Of a DNA stretch of 35,040 bases, positions 24,581-35,040 are shown in pieces. Position 1 is the first letter of the stretch, and every line of letters starts with the position of its first letter. The translations under genes and the position numbers were made by a program. Source of the DNA: Seison nebaliae. Lineage: Eukaryota. Under the pieces are notes generated by a model that was given only the letters and a program-made list of their open reading frames with translations, was not told the DNA's origin and searched no databases. Where the stretch lies: positions 1 through 35,040 of the forward strand of contig JALJEE010000710.1 in NCBI GenBank assembly GCA_023231475.1, in the 5' to 3' direction.

Positions 24581-25319
24581 TTGTAAAATAACTACTCGAG
24601 AAGATTAGCTAAATATTTGAGAATTCAAATATGGACATCTGTGATGGAATGTGATGATGGAATCATTTTCTTAAATGTCTGTCATTAATCAATAATTATG
24701 TATGTGAATTGTATAAGACAGCACAATCGAGTTACCGATTTTTAGTAACTTGAACGATCGAACCACAATAATTAGAGAATGATGAAGAGAATAAATAACT
24801 CAGAATTTGTGTTTCTCAATCACTTCATCTGTTTCTCATTTATTCACCGATAATTTCCATTATTTATTTATCTGTTTCCTCAAAATCCGACTGTTATGTA
24901 AAAGTTTCCGTATAAAACTTTCTGATGAAAGGAAAGTAATATTGAAATTTTATATGTTTATTAATAATCGTGAATATTCTCTCATATTCGTTTGAGTGAA
25001 TATATGTACTTTTTTCATGAGAAAATAATAGAATTGCTCATTAATTATTTTCTTTTAGGAATTGGGAAATGATTGTTGATTCGTCTTATAGAATTTGATA
25101 TTTTCTCCCAAAATATTTCATGATTTATGTTCCATCGTTCCGCTTAATTAAGAATTAATTATTTCTTTTATAACAAATTTACCACCAAAAATATTTTCTC
25201 TTAAATTTCCCTTCAAATTTAAAAATAAAATATGTAATTCTCAATCATTTTCTCCTCTTCTTATTAGTTGTGTTCGATTGTTCTTTTACCTTTTCATTTC
25301 TAATAAGTTTACTCGGTCA
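24581..25319. promoter_or_regulatory. Putative shared (divergent) promoter region between POLR2K and lipin
   Basis: The two start codons point away from each other, 739 bp apart. No specific promoter elements identified. Confidence 0.35.
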
Positions 25320-28300
25320 ATGATCAGTCGTATTTTCAACTACATCGTCACTAACTATAATGAGATCAATGCTGCGACGTTGACTGGGGCACTCGATGTC
25401 ATTGTTATACGACGGCCGGATGGAACGTTCACATGTTCCCCGTTTCATGTCCGATTCGGCAAGTTATCTCTCATCAAGTGCAAGGAGAAAGAAGTCGATA
25501 TTTTCATCAATAATCAATTATCTAATCTTAAAATGACTTTGGGTGAGAGAGGTGAAGCATTCTTTGTGGAAACGTCTGAAAAGAAAATAAATAACATGGA
25601 AACAGAAAATGAGATAATAAATATTGAAGAGAAGAATAATGATAATAATGGTGATATGATTGATGATATGGATGATGGTCCAGATGATATACGATTTGTG
25701 TTGAAAGGAAAAATCACTCGATCTGCTTCTGATTCGAGTTTATTGAAAAAACAAGAAAATGAATCCAATTCTCCCAATCACCAACAACAACAACAACAAG
25801 AAAATCTTGGAAAGAATAATAATAACAATAATGAGAAGAAGGAAAGTGACGAAGAAAGTTATGGGAATATTTCGACAAAAAGGAAACAAATAATAGAAAC
25901 GATTAAAGAAAATATCAGACGTCCAATCTCATCTGATACGTTGAGAAAAGAGAATGATGGAAGAGAACAATTTGTAAGTTTAAACGAGAAGAATCGAATA
26001 CATTTGAAGAAAATTATTGATCGTCGATTGATGACATTCAATCGGAAACATCCAAGAAAACGAACGAGATTCGATTCTGCTTTTCCAAGTAATTGTTTGA
26101 AAGGAATGAGATATCAATCGATTAACGATACGAATGAACAAATGATAATGAAAGAACTTTTAGGTAATACGAATAATAATTCGAAGAATATTCCATCACC
26201 AGGAAAGAAGCGATTCAAATCAGCTGAAGATATCCAGAGAAGATCATCACAAGAATTTCTTATTGAAAATTTTTTGTTGAATAATTCAGTAGCGAAGAAA
26301 AATACACTTCGTCCCAGATCATATTCAGTCGATATAATCGACTTAAATAAATTTAACGAAATTACATTTGATAACGACTTCGAATGGTCTTGGGGTGAGT
26401 TGCCACATCCATTGCACACGTCTTCATTGGAGAAGAATCTGAAGAAGCGAATTAAGAAGAATAATTTAAATAATAATATGAATTTAAATAATAATAATAA
26501 TGAAGATGATGAAATTGAAAGGAATTCAAGAAAGGAAGATAATTTGAAAGTAGATGTAGATGATCTGACGGGAGAAATTTGTTCAGATGATAATTCATCA
26601 AAATTGACAACGACTAATTCAACATCGACAACCACCACATCTAAACGGAAACAATTATTTGATATTCTTTATTCTATTCTATCTTTGAATCGAACTAGTT
26701 CGTTAATGAAAAGAAATTCTTATCGAGAGAAATTGGATGAAGAGAACGAAGCTTATTTAGTTGATGCTTTAGCCAGCAATAATCTGTTAATGCAATTTAT
26801 CACCGATGAACAACGTAAGGAATTAGAAGATTTGAAAGAAGATAAATTAGTTGATGAAAATAAAAATTTGAATGTGATTAAAGAAGAATTCTTCAGAGAC
26901 GATCGAGATTCTGATATTGAAAGTGGAACTGGAACATTATCACCCATTCATGATTATTTATCAGATCAATATGCTCCTGGTAATGTGAATGTGAGTCGAG
27001 CGAAGAAGCCTCGACGATATTGTTTATCTGCCTCCTCATCGAGAACATATCAACCGGAGAATCAATCATCGATATCGATGATTGGAAAGAAGACAATTAT
27101 AGAGAATTTCCGAACATCAGAAAAAATAAAAAATTTAAACAAGAATTTAAAAATTTTTGAAAAAGAAAAAAATCATAATTCATTTTCATCGACAACTTCA
27201 AGTTCATCCGATTCAGATGATGAGGCATCGGAGAAAGAAACCGTAAATAATGACAATGTGGAGAATGAGAGGAATAAAAAGATAAAATTAACAGAAAAGA
27301 AATTGAGAAAGTATTTCGATCGTCACGAGAAAATATCGAGTGAATATGAAAATAAATTACTCACATATGAAAGTTGGACGAAAGATATCGAACAGAATTT
27401 TGCCGAAGTTCTTAAACGATCGCCAACGACAACAAATCAGAATGCCAATCAAGTTCCATCGAATAATTCCTTCATCTCAGATTTGATGATGCCAAAATGT
27501 TTGTTATGGAACAACGACCTTATTATTTCTCATAACGGTTATATGATGCCATTGGAAATCGCTTCTTATGTCATAATGACGGAGACGATATTTAAGAAAT
27601 CTCTTCCAAGAGCACTTATTAATGACATGTTGGAATACTATTGTAAAATGAAGCAGAAACCGAATCAAGAAGATGGTGGAGGAATCTGGTCATATCTCCT
27701 TTTTCGTCGTAATCGTCAAACAACAACGAAAAAATCGAGAAAGAAAAAACCGATATCGGATGCAACTTCGAGAGAAAAGAATGGAGAACTCGAACAGAAA
27801 ATGCCGTTGTTAAAGACGAAAAGTGAAACGAAATTATTGTCGGAGAAAGACAAAACGAAATATTTTGAGAATTCGAATATTATGTCAACAACATCCGATC
27901 TTAATACAACAGCATCTCGTTCAAATAATAATAATAATATATCAAAATTATCAACAAAACAAAATGAACATATTGAGAAGAATAATAATGAGGAAGAATT
28001 TAGAACGATTCGATTGACATCAGATCAAATAAGAGAATTGAATTTGAAGAATGGATCGAATGAAATCTTATTTCGTGTGGTCACTGCTCTCCAAGGGACA
28101 AGCGAATGTATTTGTAATTTATATCTTTGGAATTACGATGACAAAATCGTTATATCGGATATTGATGGAACGATAACACGTTCAGATGTAATGGGACAAA
28201 TATTTCCACTGGTCGGAATATCGTCATGGGTTCAGCCGGACATTGCAGCTCTCTTCCGTTCTATTAAAAGGAATGGCTATCAGTTTCTTTATTTGAGTTC

Positions 28301-29242
28301 TCGAGCTATCGGTCAAGCTAAATCAACGAGAGACTATTTAGCTTCTATACGTCAGAGTTAGTTCTCGTTTTAGTTCATCTTACAAAAATGTCTTTTATAG
28401 AAATTATATGTACTGTAATTATATCTTATATGTAATTGTTATCTGTTATCATTTTACTATTCTTCTTTCTTCTTCTTCTTCTTGAATAGATGGAAAAACT
28501 TTACCAGATGGTCCTCTACTTATGTCTCCAGCATCGTTGATTCGTGCCTTCCACCAAGAAGTCATTGAACGGAAACCAGAAGCATTTAAAATTTCCTGTT
28601 TACAAGATATCAAGCAACTATTTCCAATAGAATGTAAGCCATTTTTTGCTGGGTATGGTAATAAGTTGAGTGACGTATGTTCATATAAAGCGGTAGGAGT
28701 ACCCGAGAGTCGTATTTACACAATAAATCATAATGGACAAATATTTCAAGATAATCATATCGTAACCTTATCGTTAGTTGTATTTGATGTCATTTCTGAT
28801 TTTGAAGGAATCGTTTAAAATGATGGAACGAATATCGAAAAGAAAATGTTTTCATTAAATTAAACTTCATAGAAATTCACCTTTTCTTTTTTTCATATTC
28901 TCTTTTTCCACCTTAAACTTGTCATTAACACTCGCGATAATATGACGACATTCCTTTATTTATCTCAATCTCGATTGAATGACGATATATTTTTTATATT
29001 TGGATGGAATTCTATTTTTTTTATTCTCTTTTAGATATGGAAAACTAATAGAACATGTGGAACACTTATTTCCTCCATTAAAAGTATCGAATATTGGAAT
29101 GAAGTCATTGCCATTTGCTTTCTCAGAAAACTATTCTCAATTCACTTTTTGGAGGATGTCAACCGATATGTTAAACGAAGAAAATGATTCGAATATCATA
29201 TCAAAACAAAAGACTTCCAATTCGATTGATACAAAAAATTAA
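25320..29242 (+). CDS. LPIN: Lipin / Mg2+-dependent phosphatidate phosphatase; exons 25320-28356, 28490-28772, 29035-29242; ~1175 aa
   Basis: N-LIP (NAATLTGALDVIVI...CSPFHVRFGK), conserved WSWGELP, C-LIP with HAD motif DIDGT (28158-28172), FLYLSSRAIGQA, LPDGPLLMSP, KPEAFKISCL, FAGYGNK, FPPL and FTFWR. Junctions are GT-AG and phase-compatible. Confidence 0.95.
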
Positions 29243-32129
29243 GAATTGTTCATCGAATACTATTCCATCACATCACAACTCTATAATTATTTCCACACAT
29301 AGAGCTTCATTGATGTTATGGCGATGATGACGATTATTATCATTCGACTTCTTTCTTTCCTTTACTTCTGATTAAACTGATCATTCTAATATTAATAAGA
29401 ACGATGATGATGATGATAGGCGATCATGGTCAAAGAGATTTAATTTTTCATTTTTAGATATTTTTCTGTTTATTTATTACCATTTCTCATTTCCATCAAA
29501 AGAATAACAACAACAACTAAATATTTCAATTCAGATAATATTCTTTTATTCACTCTAGGATATAATTCAGTTGATTTCTTTCTTTGTTTAACAAGAGTAA
29601 AATATTTTTTTGGAGAAAATGAAAAATTATTTTTTCGAGAAAAAAAACATTTACGGAGATAAATTTATCAAAAAAATTATTAGAAACAATATCACTGGAA
29701 TTCGTGTAAGCTTTCGTCAAACATTTCTTGTGCTTCATTAACTGACGATAAAAGGAATTTATGTTCCAACTAAATGCTTATACGTCCCATTTATCAGAGT
29801 ACAATGTTTATTTGGAGATTAATTATTTATTTTCAATCTCGTAGGAAGAAATTAATATTAATCAATGAATTTTCGTTTACAAAACATTCCCCATAAAAGA
29901 AACGAATGAAATTAGTAACCTTATGACATTATTTAGCCGCAAAACATTTTCCATGATTTTGCTCTTGTGTTCCTTCTCTATTAAGATAGTCTAGTACAGA
30001 ATTGGTAGTATTTTTAAGTTCAATTATTAAAGAAATTCTCTCAGCAATGATGAAATTGGAAATTGTCTAAATGAAAATAATAGTAGTGTAATTCGTAATA
30101 GAATAATTTAAATGAATCAAGAATGAGTTTAAAGTAACTAGGGGTTACATCTTGATTAACTATGCTCGCATAAAAAAGAAAATTAATTTTCCGGCAATAC
30201 TCACTTTCTTGATTACTTTTCTTGATTAATTTTTTTACCTTTAGTAGCATTGAGGAATAGTCCTGAATTTTGTGGAAGATTAGAAGAAAGTGTTTTGAAT
30301 AACTGTACACTTAGACTATTACTATACGAAATGTAAATGAGAAATATTTTCTATAGATTTTCAATTTAATCATCATTCAATTCCTCAAAGGATTAATACT
30401 TTCTGGATATGTGCATAATTTGCTTATATAAAAATTATCAGTTAGCTATTCTCTAGATAACATATCATGAAAGAGAGAATTTTAATTTTAATTTGCTCAT
30501 TATTCTCTTGTATATCTTTTATTTGTATTCGAAAATGAAGAATATGACATTTCTTCTTCACTATCATGTTAGGAAGGAAATTTAATGTTAAACGATCTCT
30601 AAGAGAAATATATGGGGGAATATGTTGAGTTTAGCTTCTAGACATTCTACAATTAAATCTTTAGGCAGTCTCCAGACAAAATAACTGAAAGATCATCATT
30701 TCTCTATATCTTACATGATAAGATAGTTGTCGAAGACATTATTAATTGTTTAATTAATTAATAAAAGATGAAAGACATCAGTCGAAGCATTCTTGTACAC
30801 TTTATTATTCGTAAAAGGGATATTGTTAATTTATTAAATAGCACTTCCATTTTGGATCACTTATTTTACTTTGAGAAGAAAGAAATTTCTTTTCGGAAAA
30901 ACCGGAAACGGTAGAATATCTTTAGTAGTTGAACTTTCGCAAACTCCACTATTACTACTCAATTCATCAATTCCATTTATTTCACTTAGATCGATTTTTT
31001 TGGTGGCATTAGAAATTTGTAAATTATGAAATTAGTTCTTACAGTTAGTACATTGTTGTTAATAAGAACTTCTTACTATGTAAAAGAAGGAATATAGAAG
31101 TTATACTTCATGACAATTCTTCTCAACTCACGTTATATCTCATAACTGATGGGAAGAGCACATATATTTCATAATAAAAATATACCTTATCCATCTTTCA
31201 ATAAATATCAATGCTTACTGTGAATAGTCTGTTAAAATCAGTGTCCCATTAAACATTAACGATGATAAGTAGAATTTTATTGTCGAGAATTACATATGAT
31301 ATAATTTGTATGTCATATCATCAAATTAATCATTAAATACGATAAGAGTAAACATCTCTTATCGATTATATGTATGCATAATTCTTTTACACGAGCATAT
31401 TGTCTATTCATATGATGAGAAACCGACATGTCACGTATCAAACTTTCCTTTAACAAGGAATCGTTAATTATGCTAATAAAATTAATATTAAAAATTTTAA
31501 AACTCTAACTTTTTACGAGAACTATGAACGTCATTAGATTTGTCTCGTGGCTCTTATGTCCTTCTCCCGTCGATTTGGACTACAGCTTGTATTAAAAAAA
31601 CTGACATTGATGAAGTTGTTTGACCGTCTATTTGGAATTGAAGTTTAAGTAAAATTGTTTGGAAGAATAAAGGAAGATAAAAATCAAGAGATAATTAGAT
31701 TCCGTAATTTGATAAGGAATGGAATATTATTTTAATTTATCGAGAAATAATCTTTCGTTGAATTGGAATGAATAATTTTGAGTACGAGAAATACAAAGAA
31801 TAAATGTTTCGTCAATCATATCGAATATTTATATCGAATTTCCTCTGAAATACATTATTTCTATTCAATCTTGATTTTGATTAAATAAAATTACTTTAAA
31901 AAATATACGCAATTCTATATCCTCTTAACTAAAAGATCTTCCCAACTTATAAAATATTATAATCTTTCCTAAAATTTCCTTGTTGTCAGTTGAAAATGAA
32001 TTCAATTACACCTTTTATGACAACCAATTTTTTTTGGATAAATTATAATGATTAAACATTTATTTTTTTCATCTTTACATAGACATAAATTTGGAGGAAA
32101 TATAAATAGTAAGGTTTTTGGAGGAAAAT

Positions 32130-34142
32130 ATGACACAAAATCAACCAACATCGCCAACTGCAAGAGAATACAATTTTTTCAAAACATTAAATCGTCTGCA
32201 AGCTAATGAAAAACGAAATGATTCCCAACTATCTGAGACACGAAGAAGCATTCATGCTGGATATGATTCGGATACATCAATTTCAGTCAGCCGTGCTGTA
32301 GGTAATACAATGCATAAATCTACGGAGAATGATAATGAAATGAAGATGAATAAATGTGTCGATTTTAATCAGAAACTTGTTACCATTATCTCGCCAAAAA
32401 AATGTTCGCCACGCAACAGTTTGAAAAAATCGTTGGATGATCTCGAACATACACCTATCCACCATTCCTCTTTACGAAACTGGCAAAAGAAGATATTACG
32501 TCTGTCCAATTCACACATGTGGGCAGACTCGTTAGAACACAATATAAATGATTCCAGGTTAATTCCTTTCTTAAGTTTGTTCTTGTGAAATAATCCTTCT
32601 TTATTTCATGCGACCTTCCTCCATATTTCATGTTCTTTACCATCCAATTTTTAAATATCCAATCTCGTTCAAATTTCATACACATTCTCTTCTAAAATAT
32701 TTCTAATAAAATTACATTCATAACGTACATCTAATAAAATGAAAATGAATCACCTTCTTACATCTTTCAGACATTCGATCAACGAAAAGAGATCAACGAA
32801 AGAGAATGAAAGTCCGAAGAAAAGTTCAGCAAAAAAACTTTTTAAGAAAACTGGATCATTTCGTCGATCTCGTCGAAACAATGAACAAAAGAATGAAGAT
32901 TTCCGTAATCGAGGTATGAGTAAACATTTCTCAAAAGAATCTGAAAGTCCCGAAAACTTACCAATAGTAAAAGTTGTTGTTTGGGGTGCAAAGGGCGTAG
33001 GGAAAACATCTCTTATTCATCAATTGATGACCAATAATTTCCGAGAAGCATACACACCGACAACATCCGACATTTACCGCTGGAAGAATTTGGAGATATG
33101 GGACGTTGGAGAAATTGAAGAATTTTCTGGGATGAAAAACTTACTACTTTCATGGGCTGATGTATTCTTATTAGTATTCTCATTAAACAAGGATCCAAAT
33201 GCAAAGTGTTTCAAAGCAACTCCACTCTCACCACAATCAACTATTGAAAAGACCGAAGAATCGACAGAATCTGAAAATGATGTAGGGAATGAATTACCAA
33301 AAATATTTCGAAAATCGATTCGAGCGAAGAATCGATTAATGCGAACGTTATCGACTTCTTCAAAGAAAAGACGTTCACTTAGACGAAATCATTTGAATAC
33401 CACAAAATCTTTAGAACGGAAATCGAAGGAATGTTTCGAAGAGAAACAACAATTAAAAAGACAATCATCGCTGAAAGCTGTCGATCTTCCAACATTGAAG
33501 GAATCTTTCAATTACATAAAAATCGTGAAAGATGAAATTATTCAATATTATCGAGAACAACACACCAGAAAAATGATCGACTGGGCGAAAAGAAATTTAG
33601 CAATGCATGTTACAGACAATGCTTTAGATAATGCTCTTCCTTCGCATCGTAACTCTTCCATATTTGCTAAGCAAAAATTTCCAATCATTATTGTGGGTAA
33701 CCAAGCAGATTTGTTATTCGATTACGAAACTGATGATTTAACTCCAAACTCCACACCAGAATTAGCAAAATTAGATATGCAGATCAGTTTTGATTGGGAT
33801 CTTTCATTTATTATAACTGCAGCTAATCGTCTTTCTTCAGTTCAAGAATCATACAATAGTATATGTTCCACCTTAAATCAAATGCAGTTCCAAAACGAAT
33901 ATTATTTGCAGTTAACTCAAAATAAAATGAAAAAGAATTCGATTGAAGGTAAGGATCTATTTCATTTACCCTGTCGTGATGATTTAGAAAGTATCGGCGA
34001 AAAAATAAGAAAGAAACAAGTGAAAAAGAAACAAACATATAATTCTTCAACAGAAAGCATGGAGAAGAATGGTCGTGTTTCATTGTCAGATAATAACATT
34101 GATCGAAATGAGAATAACCTATTGAACTGTATAATTTCATAA
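32130..34142 (+). CDS. Divergent Ras-superfamily GTPase-like protein (RASD/Rhes/Di-Ras-like) with CAAX; exons 32130-32557 and 32771-34142; ~599 aa
   Basis: KVVVWGAKGVGKTS P-loop, YTPT switch I, LEIWD, ADVFLLVFSL, PIIIVGNQAD and terminal CIIS. The upstream ORF joins by AG|GTTAAT...TTTCAG|A in phase 2; this junction has frame support only. Confidence 0.8.
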
Positions 34143-35040
34143 AATTTTTTTCATTCTTTTCTCCTTTTCTCCCAATCATTTTCCCAACATGGTAGTGTTG
34201 AACATATATAATATTCATATTATAAGTATTGGACGTAATATAATAAATATACTACAATAATTATAATTAATAAACTTTAATTAATCTCTTAGTGATATTT
34301 TACTTCACTTATTTATATTATTTACTTGTTTTATTTATTATTATTATTATTTATTGATTAAATTCCCGTGGGGATAAAATGGAAAAAACTGTAAAAAAAT
34401 CTCAACCACTATTGATCAATCGGAGTAATCCTGAGAGTGATTCCCGATCGAGTGGCATAGAATCTGTGGGATCGAGGGAAAAATGAAGTCAAATGTCATG
34501 AGATAACTCGTAATATGTGAAAATACTGATCGATTATGTAAGAAGTTTATGTTCGAAATATGAGAAGTGTGCAAGTTAGATTCGGTAATTTTGTCGATAG
34601 GAATAAAAATTCGACGAGAGAAGAGAATGGGTAGGAGAAGAAGGCCGACTGTTGTGAAGAGGAGAGAACGGAGTATGTGTTAAGATAGATTGGACATGAA
34701 AGTAATTGGTCATGAAATGTGAACTTCACACTTTGACGGTTATTATCGGAAAATTTTTCGATATGACAAAAGACTCAACGAGAAAAGAGAGGAGCAATAT
34801 ATACATGTGTGGAAGAATACAAACTGTGGCGAATAGTAGAATACGATTACATAAGTGGAAAGAACAAACTAATATTTAAATTAACAATTGGAATGAAATA
34901 AATAACAACATTAACAAACGTAAATTAAATTGTTGAAAAGAGAAATTATTAAAATTAATTGTTGAAAATTTAAATTTCTTTAAATTATCTTATTGGAAGA
35001 AAAGAAATCATTCTCGTAATCAATCAATTTACTCATACAA

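Noticed and set aside
25278..25319. ORF-track TTG starts for lipin (25278) and the Ras-like gene (32118)
   Set aside because: This is a eukaryotic locus; ATGs at 25320 and 32130 are preferred, and the lipin ATG matches the family N-terminus.
28460..28483. (TCT)n microsatellite
   Set aside because: It is the polypyrimidine tract of lipin intron 1.
30041..30310. Possible LINE RT FKYLG motif near 30125-30155
   Set aside because: It needs several frameshifts within 30 nt and has no supporting motifs.
1..35040. tRNA, rRNA, snRNA genes, CRISPR arrays or an alternative genetic code
   Set aside because: None recognised by eye; conserved proteins translate correctly with the standard code. Small RNAs could be missed without covariance-model searches.

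Overview
Very AT-rich, compact eukaryotic DNA from an invertebrate animal (taxon not assignable from sequence alone), with short GT-AG introns (many 47-56 nt). In order it holds: two tandem Shaker/Kv1 channel genes with no intron in the coding region; an intronless 838-aa orphan with one transmembrane segment; two tandem six-exon choline transporter-like (SLC44/CTL) genes; a decayed retroelement patch (retropepsin fragment joined to a LINE-type RT region); a 49-aa RNA polymerase subunit RPABC4/POLR2K on the minus strand that the ORF track misses; lipin; and a divergent CAAX-ending RASD/Di-Ras-like GTPase. Most notable: (1) the second Shaker copy has a TVGLGD selectivity filter instead of TVGYGD while its voltage sensor and gate are intact; (2) 12 of 13 inferred introns start GTT rather than the usual GTA/GTG; (3) the Ras-like protein has degenerate G3/G4/G5 motifs and a ~100-aa insertion inside the G domain. 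All gene models were built by hand from reading frame, splice phase and recognised motifs; no searches were run.
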